A stretch of DNA of 64,000 nucleotides from Octopus vulgaris (lineage: Eukaryota). The stretch covers positions 78,740,001 through 78,804,000 of the forward strand of contig OX597814.1 of NCBI GenBank assembly GCA_951406725.2. The letters are read 5' to 3'. Shown piece after piece: positions 25,628 through 38,054 of this stretch. How positions within the stretch are numbered: the stretch's first letter is position 1; each line of letters opens with the position of its first letter. The position numbers and the translations under genes are program-made. The notes below the pieces were generated by a model. The model was not told the origin of the DNA. It did not search any database and saw only the letters and a program-made list of their open reading frames with translations.

Positions 25628-25841
25628 AGGTTCAAATTTTGGCACAAGGCCAGCAAGCCTGGGGCAGGTGGTAAGTTGATAACATTGACCCCAGTGTTCA
25701 ACTGAATCTTATTTTATTGACCCTGAAGGGATGAAAGGCAAAGATGACCTCAGTGGAATCTGAACTCAGAACATAAAGACAGATGAAATGCTGCTAAGCA
25801 CTTTGTACAGCATGCTAACAATTCTGCCAGCTTGCCACCTT
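25628..25841 (-). mobile_element. SINE family B
   Basis: GGCACAAGGCCAGC...ATGAAAGGCAAAG...TTCTGCCAGCTTGCCACCT. Confidence 0.85.
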
Positions 25842-26559
25842 GATATATTATAAAATATTGAGAACCCAAGCATAAGAATGGTTTTGTTAAATCAATCCAT
25901 AATGTATTTGTATACCTTCTGTGTGTCAGGGATGTGTATAAGAGAGAGAGAGAGAAGTGAGAAGAGGGTCTGAAGAAAAAAAAGAGAGGAGTAATGATGT
26001 AATTATTTGTTTAAAAATATATTTATATTTAGTAATATTTCAATATGAATCTTCATAAAATGTATAAGCATGTTTGATATTAATATTTTCATGTTCTCTT
26101 TTTCTTATTTAAATTTGTATGTATGTATGTATACATACATACATACATATATATTTATTTATTTATTTATTTCAATATCACCTCTTCATGTGTAACAATC
26201 AATTGATTAGCCAGTCTTTTCATCTAGCCATCAATTTAATTGCCTGTTAGCTAATCTATTTCTATTCATTTACCTATCTATGTCTGTCCACTATTCTGTC
26301 TATCAATTTATCTGTTTATTATCTACCTGTATATCTATCCTCCAGTCTGTCCATCTGTCTCTACCTGTTTGTCTATCTTCAGTTTGCCTATAATCAGTTT
26401 GGTTATCTCTCTGTCTATCTACTTTATCATCTATCTGTACATCATTCCATCTATCTATTTACCAGTTTAGGGATAAATCCATTAATCCATCTGTCTCTCA
26501 GCCTTCTATCAATATGTTTAACTATCTAACAATATTGTTATATTATAAGTGATCATATC

Positions 26560-26750
26560 TTGCCAATTAAAACATGCACTATATATTTGGTCTTCACTTA
26601 TACAACAGAATATAATGTTTTTCAACATCTTACTAACCTGGTGAAGACCAAATATATAATGCACATGTTTAATTGGCAAAATATGACCATTCTTAAGTAT
26701 AATACTATCTGTTTCAACACACAATTTCACATCAAGAATGTTGCAAAACA
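26560..26750. mobile_element. Foldback MITE-like remnant (also one arm at 23698-23820)
   Basis: TTGCCAATTAAAACATGCACTATATATTTGGTCTTCAC versus GTGAAGACCAAATATATAATGCACATGTTTAATTGGCAA inverted arms. Confidence 0.7.
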
Positions 26751-27065
26751 CATCCATAAATGTAATATCTAACAATACTTTTCATTCTTGATCCCAACAC
26801 AACTAACCACACATACAACTTAATGTCATTTATTGGGATAATAACTCAAAAGAGTGCACACCTAAACACAAGGTTGCAATAGATGATGTCAGTATAAGTG
26901 TTGTAAGGTAGAACAAAGATATATATTTATCTTTAATAAAAATTACATAAAAATGCCTATTCATCAATCCTGGAGCTCTTAAATCAGAGTTCCATTATGC
27001 TTATTAATATATTGAAATGGAATTCAACCTACCCAATAGATCTCTTCTCCGATTATAATATCTTT

Positions 27066-27410
27066 TATCTTTTATTTATTTCAGTCACTGGATGCAGCCA
27101 TGTTGAGGTACTGCCTTGAAGGGTTTACCTGAATAAATCAACCCCAGTAAGTATTTTAAAATCAGCTACTTATTTAATTGGCCTCTTTTTACTGAACTTC
27201 TAAGTTACAGGGACATAAACAAACCAATACCAGGTGGTGGTGAGAGACAAACACACACACACACGCATGACATGCTTCTTTCAGTTTCCATCTCACAAGG
27301 CTTTGGTTGGCCAGGGGCTATTGTAGAAGATACTTGCCTAAGGTGCCACATAGTGTGAATGAACTCAAGATGACATAGCTGGAAAGCAAGCTTCATACCA
27401 CATAGCCACA
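27066..27410 (-). mobile_element. SINE family A
   Basis: Tail and head motifs on the minus strand. Confidence 0.8.
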
Positions 27411-28199
27411 CCATGGAATTTTTCAGTACCAAATACATTGTGAAGCACAGTGCCTATAAGTAAGATTAAGATACTAATTTTTGTAGCCCATAAACCTAAT
27501 AGAATATGCTGTGACCCTACTTTTTAAAGGGACCTTGCTATACTTGCTTCAACTTTTATTAAAAACTGGGTATTTGAGATTGATCCAATGCTCTTCAAAT
27601 TAAATACCAGCAAGATATCAATCCTGATTGTCACTTTGCATTTCCTTTAATACCTATAATACCTTCAGCTCTTTTATGACTGACTGAATGCTTAAGATTG
27701 ATCCCAAACTTGGAATACTTCTGAGAACCAATGCATTTTAAATTAAACAAATTACAGTAATCAGATCAAATGACAGCAGTAAACGACCAGACACACTTCG
27801 TTTTTATCAGAGGTTAATTAATAGACTTGCCATTTTATTCTTCTGTCTTGATGCATTAAACTTGTCATATAATAATAAGGCTTAATTAGTATTTTTCTCA
27901 TAAATAAGACCAGTTGAATGAATCACTAATGCCAGGAAGTTCCTACCTGGCCACCCCACTACTGTACACAACACAAATATGGTAACTGTTAGTTCTATAT
28001 ATGCAATCAAGAATTTTCATTGATTCGACTGTCTTGATGTTTGTATGCATCTCCCTCTCTCTCTCTCTTCCTCTCTCTTCCCCTGCAATGTACTTATGTA
28101 CATTCGTAAATACACATGCACACATCTACAAACACATACACACATTTATGTGTGTGCTTATATACATACCTATATGTAAGTAAATATATATATATATAT

Positions 28200-28525
28200 A
28201 GGTGTGGCTATGTGGTAAGAAGCTTGCTTTCCAACCACATGGCTCTGGGTTCAGTCCCACTGTGTGGCATCTTGAGCAAGTGTTTTTTTACAATAGCTCG
28301 GGGCCAACCAAAGCCTTGTGAGTGGATTTGGTAGAAGGAAACTGAAAGATGCGCATTGTGTGTGTGTGTGTACTTGTCCTCCACCACTGCTTGACAGCCA
28401 GTGTTGGTGTATTTACGTTCAGCAAAAGAGATTGATTAAGGAAGTGCTAGGCTTAACAAAAATAAGTACCGAGGTCAAATCATTCAACTAAAAATTCTTC
28501 AAGACAGTGTCCCAGCATGGCTGCA
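28200..28525 (+). mobile_element. SINE family A
   Basis: TGGCTATGTGGTAAG, GGTTCAGTCCC, CCAGCATGGCTGCA. Confidence 0.85.
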
Positions 28526-29744
28526 AACGGTTGAATAATGATGATGATTATGATGAGAGAGAGAGAACATAGAGGAGAGAGGAGAGAGAGAGAGGGGGAG
28601 AGAGAGAGAGAACATAGAGGAGAGAGGGAGAGAGAGAAAGAACATAGAGGAGAGAGGGAGAGAGAGAGAATAAGCAAATTAGAGAGATAAGAAGAAACCA
28701 AGACAAAAATTGATAGACAAAGACACCGACACACACACACAAACACACATGCGTACACATGCAGAATCACTCAGTTCATACACTGCGACTGCATTCTTAC
28801 AGTTGTTATCTTTGTGTCCCTACCAACTCCAGATGAGGATGAAATAAGGCTCAATAAAGAAACTGCCTCATAGATTTTGTTCCTTTCCCTCCTCTTTTTT
28901 TTTCCCTTTTTTTTATTTATTTATTTCTTTATCAGTGCCAACTGTGCAATCTTCCTGACACTTTTGACAGATGTTTCACTGTGCAAGAAACATCATTTCC
29001 TTATTATAGTTAAAGAATACACACTAGTAACTTACTCCCCCTCACAGAAACCATCGCCACGCTACAACGACCCCCACCAAAACCACCACCACCACCATCA
29101 CCATAGACACATTGAAGAAAGTGGTAGGAGGTCTGGAGATGTATTTTATCTAGCTTTATCAGCTGTATAGAAATTTCAGCTGCACATGAACTAACACATA
29201 CTCGCAGCCAAGCACACAAAAATACACACACACAGTCACACACAAATACAAGCTTGTACACATTCAGAATGTACACAAACACACATACACACAAAGTATA
29301 ACTGTGGTGAGTGCTGAAGTATGGGTGGTAAGTGCCACCCGCTGTCACTGCCCATTCTGTCATTGAGAATTGTGAATATGTGATGACCAGATTTGATTGG
29401 TAATAGTGACGTAGTTCTCAGACTTTTATCACTCTTCTTCATACCAGCTAATGTTGTTAAAAAAGGCATAAACATCACAACTCCTATTCTATTCATTGAT
29501 ATGAACAGGGTCTAATTACCTGTTGGCAGATATTTCAGATGCTAAAAAGGTCGCTAAATCTTTTACCTTTTCCTTGTTTCAGTCAGTGGACTGCAGCCTT
29601 GCTGGAGCAATGAATTTAAGGGCTTTTAGTCAAACAAATTGGAGAGAAACAGGTTATATTTTTTTTATAAATTTGTAATAACTTATCTCTCATATGTATT
29701 TTATTAAAATAATATCCCCTTAGTATATCACTTTTAACCCTAAA

Positions 29745-29795
<51 letters not shown>

Positions 29796-30610
29796 GCATA
29801 TATGAATTCACCTACATTTTGTTTTGTTTTTGTTTTATTAATATACATTTTATATTTATGTATGTGTATGTATGTGTGTATATATATATATATATGTATA
29901 TATGTGTGTTTGTATATATATTTGCCTAATTTGTTTTATTTCATCGGTTATCAATTAACCAACCATACATAACTGAGGCAAAGACATTCAAAACAATTGA
30001 TGACCAATTAGATTACGTAACTGAACAAAAATAACCCCTCCCCACTTCCTGCAAGTTTTCAACTACTGCATAAAGAAAAAAATAATGGAGAAATAAACAT
30101 CGCATTTATATGAAAATCTATATAAGTTTGTGTATTATTGTTATAATTATATTATATAATTATAATGATACAAACTACTGCACTTATCCTCCTTCTAAAC
30201 ACATATAATACATATGTACCTATGAGTATGTTTGAGCGGAAATATATATGTATATATATATACATAAGTGTGTGCGTGTGTGTATGTGTGTATATATATG
30301 TATATTCCTCATGTATATGCAGTTTCATTCTTACATAACTAAAATAACTTTAAGATATATTGATTTTATAAATTACAATATTACTCCTCTTAAAACCTTC
30401 TCATACCTCTGTTTATATTTTATCTAATATGAATAATATAATGCATCTAATAATAATAATAACTGATTCTTGTGTATGCATATACATGCAAAGATGTATG
30501 TACATTTAAGTGTAGTTATATGTATTTATGTATATTTATGTATATGTATGTATAAGTATGTATATGTGTGTGTATTTATATTTATAACTTAACCTTATGT
30601 ACTTTCTAAA

Positions 30611-30734
30611 ATCTCTGATGAAGCCTAGAGAAACACCCAAGTACCTCAGTTTCATCTACTAATTACTTCAGTCCACTGGGGAGATAAAGGGAGAATGAGG
30701 TATTTCTGCCTCTTGGCTGAAGCAGCTGTAAGAT
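30611..30734 (+). ncRNA. Penelope-type minimal hammerhead ribozyme with long stem II, one core substitution
   Basis: ATCT-CTGATGA-AGCC...(AAGTACCTCA/TGAGGTATTT)...GGCT-GAAG-CAGCTG-TA-AGAT; palindromic stem III; A15.1 to G at 30722. Confidence 0.7.
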
Positions 30735-30965
30735 ATTATCCCAATTTCTATTGCTATATGTTATATATTTCAATAATTACTGATATTTTTATATTTTATA
30801 TATTATATATGTAAAGCATAATATGTTATACATGTATGTATATTGTTATAATTGTCCTTTTAGCAAATAAATAAATAAATTGACATAATATAATGTCTAA
30901 AAGTTGATGGATACCACCTATTGATCCCCTCCATTTTCTTATTGCTCTCTCTCTCTCTCTCTCTC

Positions 30966-31011
<46 letters not shown>

Positions 31012-31012
<1 letters not shown>

Positions 31013-31393
31013 TAGCAGTATCGCCCGGCGTTGCTCAGGTTTGTAAGGGAAATAACTATAAAGCATTTTTAGAGAGTTATAGCCAAAAAATAGCAAAAAA
31101 ATGGAAAAAAAATGATGGTAAATTTTTTTTGAGTTAAAAAAGGTGGAGTTGCGTCCCCTAGACGGTCTGTGGTTTGGGTTCCTGATTCTCGACCCCATGT
31201 CGAATTTATCGATTTTTTTCAGAACTGGGGGAACTTTTCAAAATTTTCGCTGCGTTAGTTTTGAATTATGACATTGGGCTATGTGTGTGTCAAGATTCAT
31301 CAGAATCGGTTGAAAGCCGTGGTCAGAGTGAGGGTACGAGAAAACAGACACACAGAAAACGCACAGACAAACTGCCGTTTATATAGAGAGAGA
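31012..31393 (-). mobile_element. Non-autonomous Helitron
   Basis: 5' TC and 3' hairpin plus CTAG on the minus strand, A/T target; 3' end shared with the 25244 copy. Confidence 0.85.
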
Positions 31394-31688
31394 TATACGA
31401 GGCAGTGCTGTAAAGTTTCTGGCTTTTAAGATAATTCAAAAGGCTTGGTTAGAAGCCCAAACTTCCACATTCTTTTACAGGGCATGTTCAATATACATTT
31501 ATAGTGAATTTCTTAGAGAATTCTATTTACATATTTAATGTGAACATAGTACACTGAAATTCATTGTGACTAATTCCTGGATATTAACATGAAATGATGG
31601 TACAGAAGTTGCTTGAATTGCTGCACATGTTCAAGTCTTGTTCACTTATTGATGTAGAATGCTTAACTGTTTTTAAAAAATAAAGGAA

Positions 31689-31880
31689 TAGGTGCAACCA
31701 TGGCTGTGTGGTAAGACGCTTACTTCCCAGTCTTATCATTCCATGTTCTGTCCCAGTGTGTGGCACCTTGAGTATGTGTTTTCTACTATAGGTTTGGACT
31801 AACCAATGCCTTGCGAGTGGATTTGGTAGATGGAAACTGAAACCTGTCATGTATATACATCTGTGTTTCTGTGTGTGTAT
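31689..31880 (+). mobile_element. SINE family A, 5' half
   Basis: TGGCTGTGTGGTAAG...GAGTGGATTTGGTAGATGGAAACTG. Confidence 0.8.
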
Positions 31881-31889
31881 GCATACTGG

Positions 31890-32211
31890 CCTGAAGGGTT
31901 TTAGTTGAAGAAATCAACCCCAGTACTTATTTTTTAAGCCTAGTACTTATTCTATCAGTCTCTATTGTTAAGCCACTAAGTTACGGTGACATAAACACAC
32001 CAACACTGGTTGTTAAGTGATGATGAGGGGACAGACACAGATACAAACACACACACACACACACACACACACATACTCACACATACACATGTACGATGGG
32101 CTTCTTTTATCTACCAAATCTACCCACTTCCCCAAAGTGGCACACAGTGAGACTGAACATGGAATCATGTGGTTGAAAAGCAAGATTCTTACCACAGCGA
32201 TGCCTGCGCCT
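31890..32211 (-). mobile_element. SINE family A
   Basis: AAGCCTAGTACTTATTCTATC...CTTACCACAGCGATGCCTGCGCCT. Confidence 0.8.
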
Positions 32212-32274
32212 ATTAATGAAGGATGTTAAAAAAACAATAAATTTCACATACAAAGACTTCGAAATGCAAGAAGG

Positions 32275-32500
32275 GTTTATCCTTTTTGAAATCGCCTGAG
32301 ACCACCCATGGTTCTGTTATGCAAACTTCCTGTTTTACAGTTATTTAAAGAAAAACCTTAGTCAAACTTTTATGTTAAAAACACCAGCTTAATAATGATA
32401 ATGACAAAGTTATTTTTATAAAATTCTTAATTATTTTAAAAATTAATTGAAATAAAGGTAGTGTACTTTTCAACAGAAAATATGATAATATAAAGGTTAA
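32275..32500. mobile_element. Second TTAA-type MITE remnant
   Basis: Degenerate termini TTATCCTTTT...AAAGGTTAA; non-coding. Confidence 0.4.
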
Positions 32501-32674
32501 TTAAGTAAAATGACTCTTCACTAATGCTTGGACCTTATATAGTTGCTTTTCTGAAGAGATGAATGACAAAGCTGATTTCGACAGAAGTTTGAACTCAGAA
32601 TGTAGGAAGACAAAATATAAGACATTGTGATCCAGTGACTTAAAAGCAATCAATATGATGAAGATGATGATGAT

Positions 32675-32900
32675 CCCAACAGATAATCATGTCCCAACAA
32701 ATAATAATGTATCTTTAAAAGAAAAAGAGAATGCAAGGGACTCAAAACAAACAATTTGTATAATAGGTGCCTTGGGAATGATTACAAAAACATGAAAACA
32801 AATATGTAACTATAATCCTGTAACTTTCAGATATGACATTAATATTGCTTTGCATAAATATTACATAAAGTACTGTCAATAGAAAACTAAAAAAAAGCTC
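32675..32900 (+). mobile_element. R4/Dong-type endonuclease C-terminal remnant
   Basis: PTNNNVSLKEKE and IIGALGMITK peptides (cf. IPxDxNVSxKExEK, PIIIGALG). Confidence 0.55.
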
Positions 32901-33002
32901 TGCATATATCCCAAGTACACAAAGCTGCATTCAGTTGCACAGTGAAAGCACTCAATAAAATTAAGACTACTGAATAATAATCATAATGATAATAATAATA
33001 AT

Positions 33003-33214
33003 AATCCTTTCTACTAAAGGCACAAGGCCTGTAATTTTTGGGGAGTGGGCTAGTTTATCACATCAAACCCACTGTTTCACTGGTACTTAATTTATTGACC
33101 CCAAAATGACGCAAAGTCAACCTTGGCAGAATTTGAACTCAGAACGTAGTGGCTGGCGAAACACCACTAAACATTTTGTCTAACATGCCAACAATTCTGC
33201 CAGCACACTGCCTT
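33003..33214 (-). mobile_element. SINE family B between (AAT)n tracts
   Basis: Full consensus match. Confidence 0.85.
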
Positions 33215-33289
33215 AATAATAATAATAATGATGATGATGATGATATTAACTAGCTGGACCTGTGAACAATTCACGGAAAGCATAAAATA

Positions 33290-33696
33290 TACTCTTTACT
33301 CTTTTACTTGTTTCAGTCATTTGACTGCGGCCATGCTGGAGCACCGCCTTTAGTCGAGCAAATCGACCCTGGGACTAATTCTTTATAAGCCCAGTACTTA
33401 TTCTATCGGTCTCTTTTGCCGAACCACTAAGTGACGGGGACGTAAACACACCAGCATCGGTTGTCAGGCAATGCTAGGGGGACAAACACAGACACACAAA
33501 CACACACACACATATATATATATACATATATACGACAGGCTTCTTTCAGTTTCCGTCTACCAAATCCACTCACAAGGCATTGGTCGGCCCGGGGCTATAG
33601 CAGAAGACACTTGCCCAAGATGCCACGCAGTGGGACTGAACCCGGAACTATGTGGTTGGTTAGCAAGCTACTTACCACACAGCCACTTCTGCGCCT
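33290..33696 (-). mobile_element. SINE family A, young full-length copy
   Basis: Near mirror image of 10500-10916. Confidence 0.95.
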
Positions 33697-33721
33697 ATGT
33701 AAGCATCTGTAAATTGTGTGC

Positions 33722-33924
33722 TGGTGCCAAGGCCTGAAATTTTGGAGGAGGGGACTAGTCGATTACATCGACCCCAGAGTTTCACTGGTACTTAATTTAT
33801 CGATCCCAAAAGGATGAAAGGCAAATTATACCTCGGCAGAATGTGAACTCAGAACATAAAGACGGGCAAAATATCGCTAAGCATTTTGCCCAACATGCTA
33901 ATGATTCTGCCAGCTTGCTGCCTT
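33722..33924 (-). mobile_element. SINE family B
   Basis: AAGGCCTGAAATTTTGG...GATTACATCGACCCC...TTCTGCCAGCTTGCTGCC. Confidence 0.9.
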
Positions 33925-33961
33925 TTTAAATAATAATAATAATAATATTAATAATAATTCT

Positions 33962-34352
33962 GTTGCAATATCAGGCAGTTGCTCTCATGGTTTCTGACCT
34001 TAACTGATTGGAAGTGTTAACATGTACATATTTTGTCTTGGTAAAAGAAAGATGGGCTACAACAAATATTCTGCTCAATACCACAGATTTGCTAGACAGT
34101 TGCTTGACCATAACCAGTTGAGCTTGTCCCTTAGTGGCTGACAATATGTGCATCTCTGATCATGAGCAGAATTAGTAGGGGAGCATCATAGTCACATGTT
34201 GAGGGGGTTTCTTTGGGGTTTGAATAACTCACCCCCGTAAACATGGGTGTGTCATTCATTATCCTTAAACAGGGACCTTATTCAGGGACCTTTTAGATAG
34301 GCTACTTGACCTGAAGAAAATTCTAATTGGGCCTCAACTGCAAGGTCATGAT
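33962..34352 (+). mobile_element. Family E repeat, 3'-truncated, following (AAT)n
   Basis: Paralogue of 18075-18452. Confidence 0.75.
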
Positions 34353-34493
34353 GTTTTTTGACTTTTTAAAATACTTTTATTTTGCAATACTTTTATTTTA
34401 TTTTGGGATGGGATGTCACCTCGTATATCTAATATACATGAATAAATAAATACAAATATACATATATATGTGTGTGTGTGTGTGCACATAGAT

Positions 34494-35124
34494 AGGCATA
34501 GGTTTGGCTGTGGTAAGAAGCTTACTTCCTATCTACATGGTTTCAGGTTCAGTCCCACTGCATGACACCTTGGGCCAGTGTCTTCTACTATAGCACAGGG
34601 CCAATCAAAGCCTTACGAGTGGATTTGGTAGATGGAAACTGAAAGAAGCCTGTCATATGTGTGTGTGTTTCTGTGTGTGTGTGTATTTGTGTCTGTGTTC
34701 GTCCCCACACCTAACAACCATTGGTGGTGTCTTTACATCCCTGTAACTCAGTGGCTTGGTGAAAGAGACCAAAATAAATACCAGGTTTTAAAAAATTTAA
34801 GTACTGGGGTTGGTTCATTCGACTTAAATTTTTTTCAAGGTGGTGCCCCAGTATGGCTGCAGTTTAATGACTGAAACAAGTAAAAGATTAAAAAAAAAAG
34901 ATAGATATGTGTGTGTGTGTGTCTTTGTGTCTGTCAACCCCTACCATTTGACAATCAGTGCTGGTTTGTTTATGTCCCTGTAGCATAGTGGTTCAGCACA
35001 AAAGACCAATAGAATAAGTACCAGACTCTAAAAAATTCATATTGTGGGTAATTTGTTCCACTAAATCCTTCAGCACAGTGTTCTGGCATGGCCATGACCC
35101 AATGACTGAAACAAGTAAAAGATA
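34494..35124 (+). mobile_element. SINE family A full copy plus a second 3' half in tandem
   Basis: Tails ending TGACTGAAACAAGTAAAAGA at ~34888 and ~35122. Confidence 0.85.
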
Positions 35125-35182
35125 TTTCGTTTTTGGATTTGGTTTGCAAGATTCTTTATATGAGTTCGTGTGTTGAAGCATA

Positions 35183-35364
35183 TTCTGTTGTGTCTGGGGA
35201 GAGTAATTTTCTTTTTGTGCCTTATGTAACACACTCACCAGTAAAATTTCCACTTTTTTCTTATTTTTGTTGTCCCAAAATAAGAAAAAAGTGGAAATTT
35301 TACCGGTGAGTGTGTTACATAATAAAGCACAAAAAGAAAATGACTCTCCCCAGACACAACAGAA
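35183..35364. repeat. Near-perfect long palindrome (foldback MITE core)
   Basis: TTCTGTTGTGTCTGGGGAGAGT...TTCCACTTTTTTCTTATTTT, short loop, then AAAATAAGAAAAAAGTGGAA...ACTCTCCCCAGACACAACAGAA. Confidence 0.9.
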
Positions 35365-35726
35365 GTAAAAGATACTTCAAAAAGAAAACATAGAAGAAGC
35401 TAAAAACAAAAACAAAAAGAAGAAAAAGGAAGAAATTATAAGATAGACAAGAGAAAATGGAATAATATTTATATCTATTGTAACTGAAGTAGGCATAAAT
35501 CTAATCCAGTTTTAAGATAATCATTATTAAAATAAGCATTTATTCAATATTGGAGTGCTTATCTGGCTTCCAGAAATCCAGGAATATTGTGCAATATACT
35601 CTATCATATATTAAGTAAACAGATTTTGCTTTTTAAGTTCATTAAATTGCATACAATATGTTACTTACTTAATTTGCATACAATATGTTCATTACTTCTT
35701 TTTTTTTATTGTTTTATTCTTTTTTT

Positions 35727-35995
35727 TATTTGTTTCAGTCATTTGCCTGCAGCCATGCTGGAGCACTGCCTAAAAGGGTTTTAGTCAAAATAATCAATCC
35801 CAGGACTTATTCTTTGTAAGCCTAGTACTTATTCTATCCGTGGCTTTTGTCAAACTGCTAAGTCACAGGGACATAAACAAGGCTTCAGCTGACTCAAGAC
35901 CATAGTTGAAGGCACTAGTCCAAGGTGTCACACAGTGGGACTGAACCTGAAACAATGTGGTTGGGAAGCAAACTTCTTGCCACAGAGCTATGTCT
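35727..35995 (-). mobile_element. SINE family A, internally deleted
   Basis: Tail and head present, central (CA)n region missing. Confidence 0.8.
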
Positions 35996-36915
35996 GTGTG
36001 TGAGTGGCAGAAATATGAATATATATATATATATATATATATATGCATACACATGTATGCACACATATATACACATATATCTATATTCAAATATATATTC
36101 AGTTGAAGCTTTATTGCTTGTATAAGAGTAACATGGCATAGTATGGCCAAACACTTAATATGGTAGAAAGACAGTAAGAAGCTTAGAAACTAAACAGCTT
36201 TAGTTTCTAATGAATGAAATAAACCTTGCTGTATGTATTGAGTACCCCTTTTTCTCTTGTTTGTACATCCACACACACCCAAACACATGAGAAATTCTGT
36301 GAAAGTAGAGCAATGTTAACAGCCTAATGCCTCATACTGAAACATCTCACTCTGCTCTCAGCCTGTTATTCCTGCCTGTCTCTTTACATATTTTTCTATC
36401 ACTTTCTCTCTCTCTCTCTACCCCCCTCTCTCTCAGTCTGTATATCTATCTCTCTCGTTACTAATGGGCCTGGGTAATTTAATACAAGCCAGAATTTCCT
36501 GGTAAACAGTGGGAACTACAGCGCAGTCTTAATGCTTTGTTAATTCCCAATGGCTGTTTACTGCCGGAACTATTCTCAGTGGGTCGGGGTGGTGTTTTTG
36601 GGTACTTTGAATGGCAGGGTGGTGGTGGCAGTGGCAGTAGGCATCAGTGGGTTGGGGTGGAAAGAGCAGATTCCCAATCTGATTATTGTAAGAATTGGAT
36701 GAGTTCTGACAGAAAGGCAACGATAAAATGATAGACACGCAAAAAGATTCATATATACATGTGTGTGTGTGTGTGAGAGATAGAGAGGGAGAGAGAGTAT
36801 ATATATGCCAGCATGGAACATGAACATTAAATGATGATGATGATGAGGGGGATATACATGTATCTATCTATCTATATAATGTTTATGTGTGATGAGTATG
36901 TGTGCATGTGTGTAT

Positions 36916-37135
36916 ATCATCATCATCATCATCATTTAATGTTGCTTTCCATGCTTGCATGGGTTGGATGGTTTGATAGGAGTTGGCAAGCTGGAGAGCT
37001 GCATCAGGCTCCAATTTTCTTTAGCATGATTTCTATGGGTGAATACCCTTCTTAACACCAACCACTTTTTGTGGCACCAGCACAGGAAGTTTTCTATGTG
37101 GCACAGGTTATTTTCACGTAGCACCAGTACCCACA
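36916..37135 (-). mobile_element. RTE-X-type 3' tail (family C)
   Basis: (CAT)n TTTAATG...TTTCCATGCTTGCATGGGTTGGATGG. Confidence 0.75.
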
Positions 37136-37593
37136 GTATATGTGTGTGTACCTTTATATAAATATATAAGTAAATATATGTGTATGCATATGTGCACACA
37201 CACACACACTCAAACATACATGTACATGTGTATAAATGTGTTACCTATCTCATATTTTCCTTCCTCATAACTGGTAAATTTATATGACATAATATAATAC
37301 ATTAGTAAATATATCTATTATATATAGAAAATACAATATAATACTTTAATTCGGGGCTTTCCATTCTCATTTATTCCCCAACTAAGTTTTGGTAGTAAAT
37401 TTATTCCCCACTCTGTTTCATTTAATAATTTAAAACAAGTAAAAAAAAAAAAAAAAAACGGTAACAGATAAATACAAGTCATTAAATCCAAAGCAGTAGG
37501 AAGAAAAAATATAATTTTTTTGCAAAATAATCCCACCTCAAATTTTTTTTTGGCCTCAGTTTTAAAATTATTTCTGAAAAAATAAAACTATAT

Positions 37594-37957
37594 TCTTTTA
37601 CATGTTTCAGTCATTTGACTGCAGTGATGTTGGAGCACCGCCTTAAAGGGTTTCAATTGAAGAAATGACCCTCAGGACTTATACTTAGTAAGCCTAGTAC
37701 TTATTCTATCGGTGCCTTTTCCTAAATCGTAATTACAGGAACATCAGTTGTCAAGCGATGGTGGAGGGGAAACAAACACACACACACACACACACATATG
37801 ATGGGCTTCTTTCAATTTCTGTTTACCAACTCCACTCACAAGGCTTTGGTCAGTCTGAGGCTATAGTAGTAGACACTTGTCCAAGGTGCCACACAGTGGG
37901 ACAGAACCCAGAAGCATATGGATGGGAAGCAAGGTTCTTATCATACAGTCATGCCTG
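37594..37957 (-). mobile_element. SINE family A
   Basis: Consensus motifs throughout. Confidence 0.85.
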
Positions 37958-38054
37958 TAAATTTATCTCCTGGATTAGCAAAATATATCCTCATGGAGGT
38001 AACTTTACTTCATTGTGGGAACCCTGTCATTAGTTACATATGCAGTGATCAAGT

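Noticed and set aside
36095-36215. Possible hammerhead around the hairpin TTAGAAACTAAA-CAGC-TTTAGTTTCTAA
   Set aside because: No intact CUGANGA (CAGTTGA at best) and no stem I; at most a heavily decayed pLTR.
36580-36660. G-rich stretch as a G-quadruplex
   Set aside because: G3 runs are separated by long irregular loops; no further support.
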